Positions 1 to 13,600 of a stretch of 64,000 nucleotides of DNA are shown in pieces. The stretch's first letter is position 1; every line of letters begins with the position of its first letter. Both the position numbers and the translations under genes were made by a program. The notes beneath the pieces were generated by a model, which had not been told where the DNA came from, searched no databases, and worked only from the letters and a program-made list of their open reading frames with translations. This DNA comes from Raillietiella orientalis (Eukaryota), in the NCBI GenBank assembly GCA_036172245.1, contig JAYWIR010000042.1:1426001-1490000 (forward strand), given 5' to 3'.

Positions 1-360
1 GAAACCACCGGCTGACCGACGACATCCAATGGTCAAACATGCCCAACGTGTGCCTTACCGCAAGAACTCAAGGATCGAAGATGTGCTGCATTGCAGTGAA
101 TCGCGTGATCATCCACGCGATCCATTTAAATAAATAAAGGGTCAAAGCATAATTTTGTCTTCGTTCAAAACAAGAAAAAAAAAAAGGGGGGGGGGGGAAC
201 GAAACTTGCACTCCGTTCTTTTACACCTGGATGGACTTGTTTACCGACTTGAGTGCCGGTAAGGCCTACTCCACTCGCGAAGGGGACGGGAAAAAGGAGG
301 AGAAAAAAAAAAAACGCTTGGGGGACATTGTTTATGGGGAGGGGGAGGGAAGGGAAGGGA

Positions 361-1410
361 TCACTGTTCGCTGAGTGAAGGCCTCTGCATCTGGTTCCGG
401 ATGCGAACAAGTGCTGGCAGAATGTTACTCAGCCGGCGCCAACGGGAAGCCTTCTCCATGGAGATGACCGCCCAGTGGATGGCATTCCGACTACTGCGGC
501 CTCTTATCGACGCGTTCCACTTGTCCAATATTCCCCGTGTGCAGCAGAGAACTGCAACACACGCGGCACCTGGCAGGGAGTTTCGCATCAGGAAGAGACG
601 AAAAATATTTTTCCAGTCGTCCACCGGAACGTTTATGGCCGACGAGAGTCGATCCCACGTGCGGCGGAGGGCAACACATTCGATTAGTAAGTGGCGGAAG
701 GTCTCCCTTTCCCCGCACTCTGTACAATGGGCATTCAATCTCCCCAATGTCCAGTGAGACAGAACGTGCTCTGCTTAAAAGTCCCCAAGGGAGCACATGC
801 AGCGCCGCCTCCTGCCAATCCAAAGGGAGGGTGCCACTGTCCCAATACGCCGGGGGCCACTTCACCTCCTCCGGAGGCATACCGAGCAGCTCGCCCCAGC
901 GCACAATTCCATTTGGCGGGACACTCGGGGTTGTAGCGTCCGCTAGTTCCCGGGACGTCCACGCCTTCATTAGTTTTTTCCTGTCCCCGATGAGGCAGGA
1001 CACTTCATACGAAGTCTCCTCTTGGCTGTCCCTGGCTTCCATAAGGGAGGGCAGCACGGGGGCAAGGGGGATGAATGAGGCCCACAAAAGCTTTTGTGGG
1101 TGGGATACGATCTCCCGCAGGGGCTGGCCAGCGTTCCTGCCTCCACGAAGGCAGGAGAAGCCCACCTCGCTGGAGCCGTGGATTTTTGCCCACGCGGAAA
1201 CGGACTCCCGGAGCCAGGTAGTCCAGTTTGCGGGGCTGCAGGAGATCCACGGGTTGCTCCTCACCAGGGCCACCAATTCACGTAGCTGTGAACCACAATG
1301 GTACAGTCTATTGTCGTTGGCTACGAGGACTGAAATCAGTCCGTCGCAGCCGGTTGCCCTGTGGGCGAGCAGTCGTATGGGAGCACACCATGGTGCTGTC
1401 CAAATTTTTT
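361..1410 (-). mobile_element. 5'-truncated non-LTR retrotransposon fragment (L1/Tx1-like ORF2 C-terminus with CCHC zinc finger), frameshifted
   Basis: ORF 361-747(-) contains CTECGERETFRHLLIEC followed by W, matching the CxxC..E...H...C..W zf-RVT pattern of L1/Tx1 ORF2. The overlapping Trp-rich ORF 491-1510(-) looks like the post-RT region and joins it through a frameshift near 740. No RT core is present. Confidence 0.6.
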
Positions 1411-4400
1411 TGCCGCAAAGGCAAGTTTTCTTAGTAAAGTGTAGTCTTAGTAAACTCAAGTCGGTAAACAAGTGCAAAACAATACGAAAAATGTGTTCCG
1501 ACAGGAACACAAATACAATTCAAAACATCGACTGCAATTACAAATTGTTAAAATGTTTTTTTTAAAAAATAAAAGCCCCGGCTCACCCGGGTGAAAACAC
1601 CTGGGTGGAAATCGACATCCCAAACACGAGAGGGCTGACGATTTATATGAGTTGTGTTGAGAGGCACTGTTTTTGTTTTTCATCGGCCCCCACCCCCTCA
1701 ATCACTTTAGTTAGCAAAAAAAAAACACTCTAAAAAAAAAGAAAAATGCCACCATTTTCTTGTTTAAGAGGTTAACTGTGCTTTCGTTTCATTCCTCTCT
1801 CTCCCGAGTTGCTTGCGATTTAGCTTTCGTGCTTCAGAAGAACCAGCTCGTTCAAGCACATTTGACTAGCCATCCCATCATCACAGAGTGAAGCTGCAAA
1901 TTGGTGCACCTCAGGAAGATCACCCGGCATGGAAGAACGGTAGTCGGCTGCAGTTGTAAACGTGAAACGGCTCGACTGTGCTTTCGTTCAGTCAAGGATC
2001 CCAAGCCGCCAGTCCTAAGCTGTCTGAAGGACACAGCACTGCAATTGCACGCATAAATTTAAAAGGCGAGATTGAATTATGAATCCGAATGAAGGACGAG
2101 CGGCGAATAAATTCCCTTCATTCGGTGCCTCTCTACGCGGACGCCTGAACGCTTGCGAGAGGACGAAACGTCTGTTTCGTCCTCTTGCGTGCCACAGCAT
2201 GCTCACCGGCGCAATCAGGTCCCATCCACTTCCCACTCTATCGTCTTCCTGATACGGCGGCAGAACTCTGCACGCACAGTCTTCTCACACGCGGGAAACA
2301 CCTCTCCTCCTCCTCGTCCTCTTCCACCACGAACGTTACGCAATTCGTGGAGTGCTCACGAGTTGCCAAGAGTCCCTGAAAGAATGGCTTGGTTGCAAAT
2401 GGCAGCCCCCACCACCACCACCACCCACCCCCTGCTGCATATTCCGAGCTGCGGAATTGCCGTCTCCATCGCAACGTGCGGCACCAAGGCAGCTTACCTG
2501 GGTGACTCTTGACCATTTGAAATGGATTCCGAAGCAACTCTCGAATGTGCGGTGTGTGTAGCAGCAGCAGCCTTTCGTCGTATCGTCAAGGGTAATGCAC
2601 GAACACCGGTGTTTCGGTGTCGGCATCGGAGATGACCCGAGCAATCCTGATTTCGCTGCACGCGAGATAAAATGCCGCAGACTACCTGACGCCTCCAGTC
2701 TCAAGATCATGCAACCGGACCTAACCATCTTCGCCCCTATGCCTGAAAAATATAAGGATGTAAGAAAAGGAAAAAATCCAAACACTTTCAAATGCCCACC
2801 CGCGTCCCTAATGAGAAAAACGAAAAGCGTGCTCAAGGGTGTGCCTTCAAAGAGTGTCTGCCCATGAGATGCTCACCGATTAAATCGAGTGAAGCGCACA
2901 CTCATTCATACAAAAATGTCAATTGCATGGCAGTCTAACTTTTTTTTTCTTCCGAGCCTTGGGAAAAGTTCTTCTAAAGATCTCGAAACGTATCTGAAGA
3001 AACGAAAAACGACTGAAAAACTCTCCTCACTGCGCGGCCCTTCAAACTGCACTTTACAGAATTCTTTGATTTGCACAAAACCAATTGGGAAGGATCGCTT
3101 TAACGCTCAGCATCCCGACGGACACATTTCCGTATCGAGTTGGATGCAGAATCAAAAGTATTCATTTGATTGCGAAATTACTTTGTCTGATTTATGCTCT
3201 TTGTTTAATTTTCGAAAATTATCTCACCGAAATTTCAAAGAAAGAAGCAAATCCTTTTCTTCATTTGCATAGCTTGCGAACAACACAGCATCACAACTCG
3301 GGCGTGTCCGTCGGACACGGTTTGACGTAACGCGAATTCCCCCCTTCTGAACCTACGAGAACCTACGAGTAAGTAATGTGAAGGTTGCGTAGCGCTACTG
3401 TTTTTGCCTATTCCGTCAGCATGTGAGACGCGCGCGAGGCTTTTCTCGTGGGCGGTGAGTGCCGCAACTTCCCAGAAATGGCGCCTGAAGTCGGTGGCCA
3501 GCAATCTCGCAGTGGTGCCGAAAACGCAAAGGAAGAGGAAATGACTGCGGCAATCCGATCGACGAAGAATAGGAGGAGAGGAGGTGGCGCCGAGGGGGAG
3601 GCGGCACCGGAAGACCCGAGAAGATATGGCACCGCGGCATAAGGGCCGGAGGAAGGGATTCGAGATCCCGTCCTCCATTCGTTTTTCCCACCGGAAGGCA
3701 CGGGAGCCTTTTGCGAGACGCACCGACTCCGAAGCTGAAAGAGAAGGATCGGGGTGGGAACGGAACCCACGGACGCAGTCGAATCGCAAGCATCTGTAGG
3801 TCTGCCGTGGACCACTCGTGGTGTTGGTACGCAGAGCAACGTGGATTCCAGAGATGGCGGGGGTCCGGCATTTGGTAATCCAATGTTCCGTGCGACCACG
3901 GGGAGGAATCGATTTGCGTCCACTTCTAACGTTCTCTAAGATTCGACGATGAAAAGCACCGAAAAGGTCAACAGATGAACCAGCGCTAGGAAGAAGAAAA
4001 ACTGCGTTGAATGTCTCCCTAAATAAATAATAGTACTATTCGTGGCTTGTCTAACATGATAAGGATGAAAAAAATTTCAAGTCATTCACTTCATCTTATT
4101 GTGATTTAGAGTAATGTGTCTACCGGTCAGACACTACTGGTCAGTTACGTTAGGAAAGCATACCGGGATGTTGTGGATGAAACCGAAAACCACACTACCG
4201 TGTGGTTTTCGGTTTCATTTTCAATTCCCCGTGTTGATCAAATAAAGTCGACAACAGGAATGCAGCAAGGCTCGCTGGAAACATTTCAGTGTGAAAGTGT
4301 TTTTTCGACTGGGTAAGGATCACAAATGGCGTGAAACGGAAGCACAACGCCTGACTTCGGAAAGTAAAGCTAGGGTTTTTCTTTTGCAAGAGGAGATTGC

Positions 4401-5721
4401 ACCTTCCTTTCGTTCTTGTTCTACTCTATTCCAAACTGTCATGCTTATTTCGTGTTCCGAAATCTGCCTTGCAAACGGCACAGCCAATCCAACGTCGCTC
4501 GGATTTTGAAGCTTTCTGTCTGGCAGCCTCCTCTCTTTACCAGTGCTTTGATTCATCAAGCTCCGTTCTTTGCCATCTATGCGGTTCACCCCCCAAGCAC
4601 GTCTAGCGTCCCCCTCTTCCACCATCACAGAGAAGGTTGGAAGATTCAAGCTTGTAATCGGAAGGGAAGATGGAGAAAGAAATCTCCAATAAGATGTTCA
4701 GCTGTTTACTTACGAGGATTCCTAGCCGCACAGAAAGGAAATGCACTTTACAGCAGCCAAACAAAAGGAATGTGACTACGTAGGCGAGCGCAGTGCATCA
4801 GGATGTCGACAGCGGGTCTCCATGGGTCAAGGGGCTGCGAGTACGAGCCGTTACCAACACCGGATCTTCCTTCCTTCACTCAGCATCGGGAACTGTTCCC
4901 AGACGTTCCGAAAAGACCGACAGGGACAAAACGGGGAGGGGACATCACGGCACTGGCAAAGAGGCGGAAGTCGCACCAAAACGAGATATTTCCAGAAGCA
5001 CATTTGAATAAACCGAACAGACTGCTTTGTTTTCTGAAATGCAGGCAATGCGACCTCAGTTCGAAACAAACTATTGGGTTGCAAGTTGTCCTTTATAATA
5101 CACGAAATCAGCTACGTTTTGAATCAACTTCGTCCTACGTGCTGGCCATCGCAAGTGCTAAGCACTGCAGGATTGTTCAGGCACCGCAGCACTTCCTGGC
5201 ATCAGTTTGTGGCTTCTCAATTTTCGGGCGATTCTGGAAACTCGTTTGCAGACAAAGTTACGGGAACACATAATTGTGTTCCAATCAACGCATTATTAAA
5301 CATGGTTGCACAATTTTTGATCAATTATTCTTACTCTCGATTAAGATGACACACTGACACGAATGCAACTCAAAATCACAGTTGGTGGGCCAGTGGCTTT
5401 TCCACATTATCGCGCGATCAACGTACTAAATGATCCTGTCCTGTTTTTTTCACCTGGCCATGCAATCACAGTCACAAAGGGCAAAGACAAGTTACTAATG
5501 CATCACCATAAAGTAGTATGGAACAAAAAAGTATGAAAGAAAAACAGGAGAATTTCAAGATCTGCGACGCATATTGTGCTGGAACAACCAAACCAATTTC
5601 TACCAAAAGAAAAAACGGCGTTTTTGCACATTTACAAGAAAACAGGAAGCAGGAGTTTCTAAACACATTTTTATTTGGGTAAATATTGTCCTTGCTTACA
5701 AATGAGTTATTAGATTCGACA

Positions 5722-8700
5722 TCACAAATCAAATCTTTCTTGACAAATCGTTGCCCCAAACTCCTCGTACTCTTGTTTGGTGACCAGTTTTTCCTGAAAT
5801 TCTGGGAGCGTACTCAGCTTCTGTCCTCCTTGCCATGCACACATCACACAGCTAGCACCTATATGACTTTCATGCCACAGAGCATTGCTACTTACTCTTC
5901 TGCAAGTACCACATTTACTGGAATGTCATCTGGAGCTAAACTACGAACTTCATAGTACACTCGTTCACGAAAATTTGGAAAACAACAGTTCCCACCAACT
6001 ATCAAGATGTTGGCATACAGGTGAGGCTGCAAGGCTTCTGGGCAACTTTCGATGCTGTGTACAATTGCCTCTCCAATACCCATCTGCATGATACCAACAT
6101 CTGATGGGTGGAATAAGATTTCTGGTACACAGAAGCGTTCATGATTCAATCTAATAATCTATTCGAAAAAAAAAACATGATGTTCAAGACTAAGTAAGTG
6201 CGATACTTGCTCAGTGGAAGCTGGTTTGCCAGTAGACTCTGCTCCTGTTTTCATATATCCTCGACGGATGGTGCTGAAATCTGGCAAAACATAGTCCCGA
6301 ACAATGCTATTCTTGGGATGCTTTACTTTGCAACGTTCTAGATCGGCATGAAAATCCAAGGAAACAAAGCAAGAATCTTCTTTTACTTGGTTCATCACAT
6401 ATGTTTCATCCATGACGTTTAGTTGTCTAGAGCATCTATCTGTCAGATACTTTACCCAAACCATGAACTCACCTATAAGAAATCAGATCTTTCAGGTGAT
6501 TTGTGAGCAGCTTCCCACCAACGTCAATACGCTTAACAGCTTCCTTGATTTTTGTTCCACGGCAATATGGAACAATATGTGTAAAGCTATAGCCAGAATC
6601 AACTAACAAACAGCATGCATGATTCCTGCCTATACTATCTTGATGTTTAAGAATACAAAGACTTCCAGCTGTACTGAAATCACTGAAATATCTGTGCGAA
6701 TTTTTGAACTAAAGTGTTTTACCATTAGCACGAAGCAATCCATGACATTCATACTCTTCAAAAAATATTTCATTTAGTCCTTCTTGAATTGAACTGAAGT
6801 TAAAGTAAGGCTCAGTCAAAAGCATATCTGTCTCGCTAAACGTAACATTAAATTCATCCTTACTGAACACGTGATCCCACACAGTTTTCTGGACATCCCA
6901 ATTGATTAGGTAACCCTGAAAGAAATTTGGATGAGTTTTTCGTTACATATACACATACATATTAGGAAAATAATTTTTTAAGTGTAACTTTTAGTAGTAA
7001 TCATATGGACACTTGAGTTTCCTCTCTTGAGGATACTGATTCAATCCAACCAAGGAATCAGAGTTATTACTCAAGGACTGTTTCAAAATTTTGATTCAAT
7101 AATAAACAAATAATCAAGGAGGAAAGAAAACATTAGGCAGTCTGGGAACAGCTTCAAGATGGAAAACATCAGTTCTAAATAAGAATAACAAACATTTTGG
7201 TGCCTGTTCACAGCAAACATGCCAACCGTCATACCTGGAAACCTTCAAAATTTCGAACAATAAAAAGAATATCAAACAGTGATGAGAATTGTATCCTCCA
7301 GAATGGCAAAGGCTTATTATATAATAACTGCTTATAAGATATCATGCAATGAATATGGATACATACAATACATATAATGAATACATGAAGGCAATGGAAG
7401 TCGAATCATATTCAAAAATCCTCCATGACCTAAACTCCAAACTTATCAATACAATCTGCCTGGTTCTTAACATACACACAAAATCAAATATCATATTGAA
7501 GTGTCCTCATAAAAGAGGCCAAAAAATTGTACTTACATGGTATACAATTTTAAAATTACATTTTCAGAAATATTTAACAGCCAACCTTTTCATGCAAAAA
7601 AAGTACAATTTCAGTACATGGAGTGACAATCCATGAGTTCATGTCCTATTAGCAGTTCTGAATCAACATTTTTTCCTGAGGATGAACAGAATATTAGCTG
7701 CGTAGTTCCACTAGTTTACCTTTGTCCATCAGAGGTAAAATGCAAAAATGCGGAAAACAAAAACCATTTCCTTTTTTGTTCACATGGAACTGGTCTGTGA
7801 TTAATTAATCATTCGTCATTTGTTATCAACCTATTATTCATCATCAATAACTACAAAATATCCTATGCATCACATATAAGGGAATTCTGCATTACATCAA
7901 TACATTTTAATGCTGGTTATACCTCCAAATGACATCCAGAAAAATGAAAAATACATCCACAATTAACCTACCTAATAAATTATTAACTCTTAAAGCAGCA
8001 CCACCTTTACACATTCCATACATTCATCTTCACAAATTCAAGTAAATGGCCTATTTAAATGAGAAGAGAAACTAAACCAGGCACAACACTTTGGTCTCAA
8101 GATCTAACTCCTCACTTATGTACACGAGATTCCAGCAGCTGAAATGTCTTTTGTCATAAATGCTGATACATAGTCATGGCCATAATAATTTGCTGACATG
8201 AAGCTTTGAAACTAAAACTGAGTTGTTTGTGAACTATCAGAACAGAGCAATAACATGGAACAAACCTACATCGTCACAAATAAGCAGAAAAACAAATCAC
8301 AAAATATGTTTCAATTGCTAACAGCATTTGAATCCTAAAATTTTCTACCAAGATGCAAAATAGTTTTGCAAATAACTTAAACATGAGATGCTCAAATGAT
8401 TCCCACAGTTATAATGAAATACAACACCTAATGTAAGAAGCACAAAATCACCTTCCAAACCTATTTTCATCCAGAGCTTCATTTCCTTAGATACTTAGAA
8501 CTATGTTTGTTTTGATGTACCTTATTTCTTCTCATTTTAAACTCCATTTTTGTCACAACATCTTTTCAGATTCTTGAAGTTTCACTGCCAAGAAAGTCAG
8601 TTTACACTCTTCACTCTTCTGAGGTTTATAAAAAAATGTAGCAACAATAAACATAACATGCAGGAAAAATACAAAAAATAGCTGGTTTATTTATATTAAT

Positions 8701-9953
8701 AATGGTTATTTATTAATAATGGTTTATTTTTTTAAGCTTTTTCTATGCAATATTTTAATGGAACTTCTTGCAAGATATTATATAAATAGACTTAACAATA
8801 TTGCTATTAGCCTACAGCTGAAAGCTAAATTATTTATCATCTTGGATGCTTGCTTTTCTCCTTCCTATATTTCATGCAGTGCACAATAACTACAACAAAA
8901 TGATTCCAGATGGACGCATTAATTCTATCATTCAATGCATGCAATCAAAATACCTTCTGCATTGCATTCAAACTGTTTTGAAAAAGTCTTTTATCCTAGC
9001 ATGGCAACAAAAATTTTAAAAAATGAGCATTCCTCTGGAAGACTTCATCTTTACCTATTTTGTTTTACAAAGTCATTCATCTTCATTATACATGCAGAAT
9101 TCTAATAGCACTCCATCTATGCATCATGTAATGTTGACAACTAATGAAATGACACTAAATTATATATTGGTGGCTATAACCATTTCAAAGATGCTCCCCC
9201 AAAAAATATATAACAGAAAAATTTAAAAAAAAATTCTGCTAACACTGCTGATATGTGAAGGTAAGCTGTAACTTGCACAGTGCTCTTCACTCCCCTTTAA
9301 TTGGCGAATCATATTTTATTTTGTGCGCCATCATCTAAAATTTACAGCCATATAATTCTACCACTTCAATGAACAAAGGATAAATTCCATTATATGTGCA
9401 ATTCAAACAATCTGAATTCATTATTTCATTACACTCATTTTCTTACAACCTATCCGATCAACTGGATAAATGGCTAAACATAAACAAAACCAACTGTAAG
9501 TAAAAAAAATCGGAATCTTTTCCCCCACATAATTAGCTCCATTCGCTGAGTACAAATTCAATCCATATCAAAAAGATCAAGGAAACAAGAAATGTGCTGT
9601 GCATGAAATTTACTGAGAAAAATGAAATTGCAGGAAAACATGCCAATCACTCATTACTCACTAGAAACAAAAATACAAGATGTGAAGTAGTTGTAAAAGC
9701 TTTTTCATTATAGTTACCTTTTGAAACGGTAAAAGAAAAAACAAACCAGACATATCTTGACATTCTGAAATTTGATCACCAATAAATGGTCTTTTTTTTT
9801 CACTTTTTGACTTCATTATACAGTTGGGAATAACTCTGAAATAACATTATACAAAAATCTCGGGGGTCGTTCTGGAGAGAATTACCTAGGCGAATTGTTT
9901 GCATATCCTGCCTTAAGTGAGTATGCACCGTTATCCAGAATGAAAGCTTTCAT
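5722..9953 (-). CDS. ACTR6: Actin-related protein 6 (SWR1/SRCAP complex subunit), 7 coding exons
   Basis: Exons 9953-9886, 9835-9718, 6915-6723, 6668-6473, 6426-6207, 6158-5896 and 5851-5722 are all GT-AG and phase-consistent. Translation [117 protein letters not shown] carries ARP6-specific motifs. Confidence 0.96.
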
Positions 9954-10063
9954 CTTTACCATTTCATTATGTGAGATGAGAAAAATTATTTCAGAAAATC
10001 AAAATTATGAGTAACATTATACGCTTTTTTGAGTGCACAAAAGTTGTGGAAAACACTCACATG

Positions 10064-10122
10064 CCGCCATCATGCCTCGCAACCGCAACCAATAGGCAAA
10101 CATCCGCCATCATGCAATAGGC
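10064..10122. promoter_or_regulatory. Duplicated CCGCCATCATGC (YY1-like) and CAATAGGC motifs upstream of ARP6
   Basis: Two copies of ccgccatcatgc (10064, 10104) and two of caataggc lie 110-170 nt upstream of the ARP6 ATG, next to a minus-strand GTGAGT donor at 10060 that suggests a 5'UTR exon. Function is inferred only. Confidence 0.25.
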
Positions 10123-10199
10123 GAGTGATGCCGACTTCGTCCTGCAGTTTGTCCCAGAGTTGATGACTTTTACTCAAACTGATGACGGTTCCAAGTGGA

Positions 10200-10650
10200 G
10201 CGACGGATGCAGATTCACGCTTCTGTAATTTGGAGGATCCTCCTCATGCGTTTGGGTTCCCCAGGATTATGAGGATTTTCATGATTTTAGAAGCTGGGAA
10301 AATCATGTGGCACTGCATTTCAGTTCACTTGGAAGGAAAAACCCGTCATTGTCTTGATGCAGTGTTAGGAAACTCTTGAACAGAATGGAAAGGCAACTTG
10401 CCATCGAGAAATTTCCAAATTAAACACGAACTTTTCTGAAGCCTTTGCTGCTGCATATCCACGAAAACTTGAACGATTGAAGATGAGCTTGTCAATAGTT
10501 TGATGCTCACGTTAGATATGCTGAGCTGAAGGACATCACCCAGAAAACACGAACTGCTCAATGCAACAGCAAATTTAACGAATACTCCCTAATAAGGTCC
10601 ACTTTCCTGATGAAAGCCATTCAAATCGAATTCGACCTAGTTTCATGCTA
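10200..10650 (-). mobile_element. Highly decayed Penelope-like RT remnant
   Basis: Minus-strand motifs occur in PLE order: EFDLNGFHQESG (cf. F.FNG..Y.Q..G), DGKLPF (cf. GKLPFLD), TH....NYRS (cf. KPTHT..YLNF.S). Frames are broken. Confidence 0.3.
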
Positions 10651-13600
10651 ATCGTTAGATATGGAAATGAATCTTCTTTAACGAGTGTAATTACATGCGG
10701 AGATCATTTTGTTACATCAAACTAATGTATAACTACTAGATATCGTTAAAAACTGATGATATCACATATCATTCGATCAGTTTATTTTCAGAAGGCCTAT
10801 TTTCCTTATGCATACCAATTCTGTGCCAAGTTTGCAATCGATTCGTTTTTTTTTTTGTCCACGAATGTACCAAAATTTTCTCCGTTAAGAGAGGATATAA
10901 GAACCATAGCAGTAATCCGATTAAAAAGAAGAGGTAATGCTTGTGGTGGATTGCGTAGTTTTTTTTTGTAAGGAGTCAAATTCTAAGGAAAAACTGACTT
11001 GGCTTTACTGACTTTCCTGACTTGGCCTCGTGTGAGATCTATCAGAACTCCGGTGCCCCTGATTTTCCCATTCATCCATTTGGCATCATTATTTTTTTTA
11101 TTTGGTAGTAAATGCACACCGGTGAAGATTTGTGGAATATTCTACATATGAATTTGATCAGGGTATATTTGAGATTTGTGCGGACGTAATAAAATTGTTG
11201 AATAAAATTGTTTCAATAAAATTGTTGAATGATATGGGTTAGCAGAGAGTAATACCGACAAAGTGAAACTCTTGTGCAAGCGTTCCATTTTCAATGCACG
11301 CGAATTGCAGTTACTAATGATCCAGAGAATCAGGCTTACACGTGTATTAACGGCATCGGAAATTTTCGTTATTTACAAAGCCGTTTTCTCTCCAATTTTA
11401 TAAACTCCTGTTATGAAAGCAAAATTTATATTTTCCGCTTGCCATTCGTGGCGTCGTAAGAGCTTCGAGAGATTTCTTTGAAATCTGCAAACATGGCTCC
11501 CAGGTAGTGAAGCTGGGAAGAACTTAAGAGAAAGCGCTTTTAGACGATGGTTCCTGCATTTTTATGCAATGCTGTCGAGTACTTGAGAATAAAGGAATAC
11601 ATTGCGCAAAAATACATAGAAAGGGATACACCAAAAGCATTCTCTAATGTTATTTCAAAGAATGAAATGAGAGCAGAGATCAGTTTTTTTAGTTGTCGCT
11701 TTTTTTTTTTTTGCGAATGGTAATTTTCAGAGCTCACAGAGCAAAAACTTTTTGCGACATAAAAAAAAAAAAAAAGACATCATTAAAAACGTCTAAATGA
11801 TAAATCACGCTTCCGGGGAAAATCCTGGATTGAAACACGCCCGGCTACGGCATGAGATGAAAATAAATACAAGAAATCCCCACGAATTCAAGAACACAGG
11901 GAAGCTACAGGCGTTGGTCTTGGCGGTCAGATGTTAAGCAGGGAGTCAGTCGATCCACCAAAAGCGCTGCTGGAGGATGCGTTGGCAACAGTGCGTCACG
12001 TCGATCTTCAAGCGCGCGTGATAATTGGCGTTGGCGGGTTGCTGTTGCTGGAAGCCCAGCACGCACGTGGTCGACGCAACAGGAGTGTGGTGGTGGCCTG
12101 GCTACAGCCTCACGTTTCCTTTGCCCTCTCAGCTGTTGCATTCATATGGAATACGCGCTCAGGTCACGTTAAATAAATGAAACGAACGAGAAAGGGGGAA
12201 ACCTTGTGCGGTTTTTAGCTGTGGTTTCTTTTGACCCCGCTGCATGGACACGAATTTATTGGTGACAGGAGGCGATTCGGATGTCGGAGTGCAACCACCA
12301 GGTGATCCTGTTATAACGTAGTTCAAGGGGCGCTTGCAAAGAAAGCAACTTTGGGTTGCGATTTTAGAGCTTGCGAGCCATACAGAGTCAGCCGGATCGG
12401 GCTGAATCGCGTTGTTGTCATGACTGCTGGATGAGAAGAGGAAAGACTTGAAAGCAATGAAAGTTGTGCAATCGTGACTGCGAGCGTCCAAGTCAGCACT
12501 GTTAAAAGATACTCGAGAGACTTAAGAGCGGAGGAGGAACCTCGCTCAGTTCTCAGGACGGGGGCGCATCGGTGACCTTCCTCCGCACTCCGTCATAGAC
12601 TGAACCATTGGTTGAAGTGCAGGTCCGCCGGTTCTACGGGAACTGTTGGGACCTCTTGTCGCAAGGCTTCAAGAGGAAGCACGAGGTTCGGCCTGGTTCC
12701 TTTCCTCAGTGATCGACGTCTCCTCTCTACTCTTTTCTTTAATCGCGAAACTCGGCTCCCGCCTCATCCCTCTCGGAATGGCAGTCTGTGACATCAGGAG
12801 AGGGAGGCATCTTGTTGCTTGCTTTAGGATCCGATTGGCGGAGACCAGAGAGCGTCGTTTTTAGGCAATGCTGTAAGAAAGGAGACGCAAGGGGTATCTG
12901 AAAGAGGAGACGCATGTTGCTGGTGGTTTTTCATGCCTGGAGAGCATTCTTCCCACGATGCCAGTCTCATCCAGCTTCACCAGTGTTGCGAGATGCGACG
13001 TCGGAGTGCTCACATCCTACGTGCAAGTCTAGCGCTCCTGACCGACTTTCCGCAATTCCTCCCCTTTTCACTCCGCCTTTCCCTTCCGGCAGAAGCAGTG
13101 ACGGAAGAGATTGACTTCTCGCGGTGACCCTGGAGTACCCAGACCTCCGGCAACAGAGCACAGTCTCCTTCTCTTGGTGTCCGGTCCGAAGGAGCGTTCA
13201 AACTTTGAGGGAGCTGTCTCGCTTCCTTCCTCCTCTTTTCCTTTCCTCCCAATCCGCAGCAGAGCTCATGAGAGCACGCCTGCTTGCGCTTTCAGAACAA
13301 CCTTCGGCGAGGTCAATGTCATTGGCAGGTGGCCGCCCATGCGAAACGTCAGGAATGCCAACACGTCTTATTCCAACGTACGACAGTGTGCAGATCGCCA
13401 GAAGGAGAGAGCGAAGGGCCTCCCCTTCTGATTGCGACTCTACGAAGGGCCTTGGCAAGAAAGGGGTGCACTGAGATTACAGTATCGCGGTCGCACCAGC
13501 GGTTCGCCTGAGAAAGCGAGACGGAAGCTCCGTCTCTCCGGACGACCCAGAGCCTCTTCGCTGATCAATGAAGCGGAACAAACGGAAATGCATCTCAACG

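Noticed and set aside
537..1565. 342-aa plus-strand ORF
   Set aside because: Antisense to the retroelement ORF with no recognisable domain.
10179..10205. CTGATGA plus a short stem as a possible hammerhead ribozyme
   Set aside because: The required GAAA core after stem II is absent.
11188..11230. Three AATAAAATTGTT units
   Set aside because: Simple minisatellite with no spacers; not CRISPR-like.
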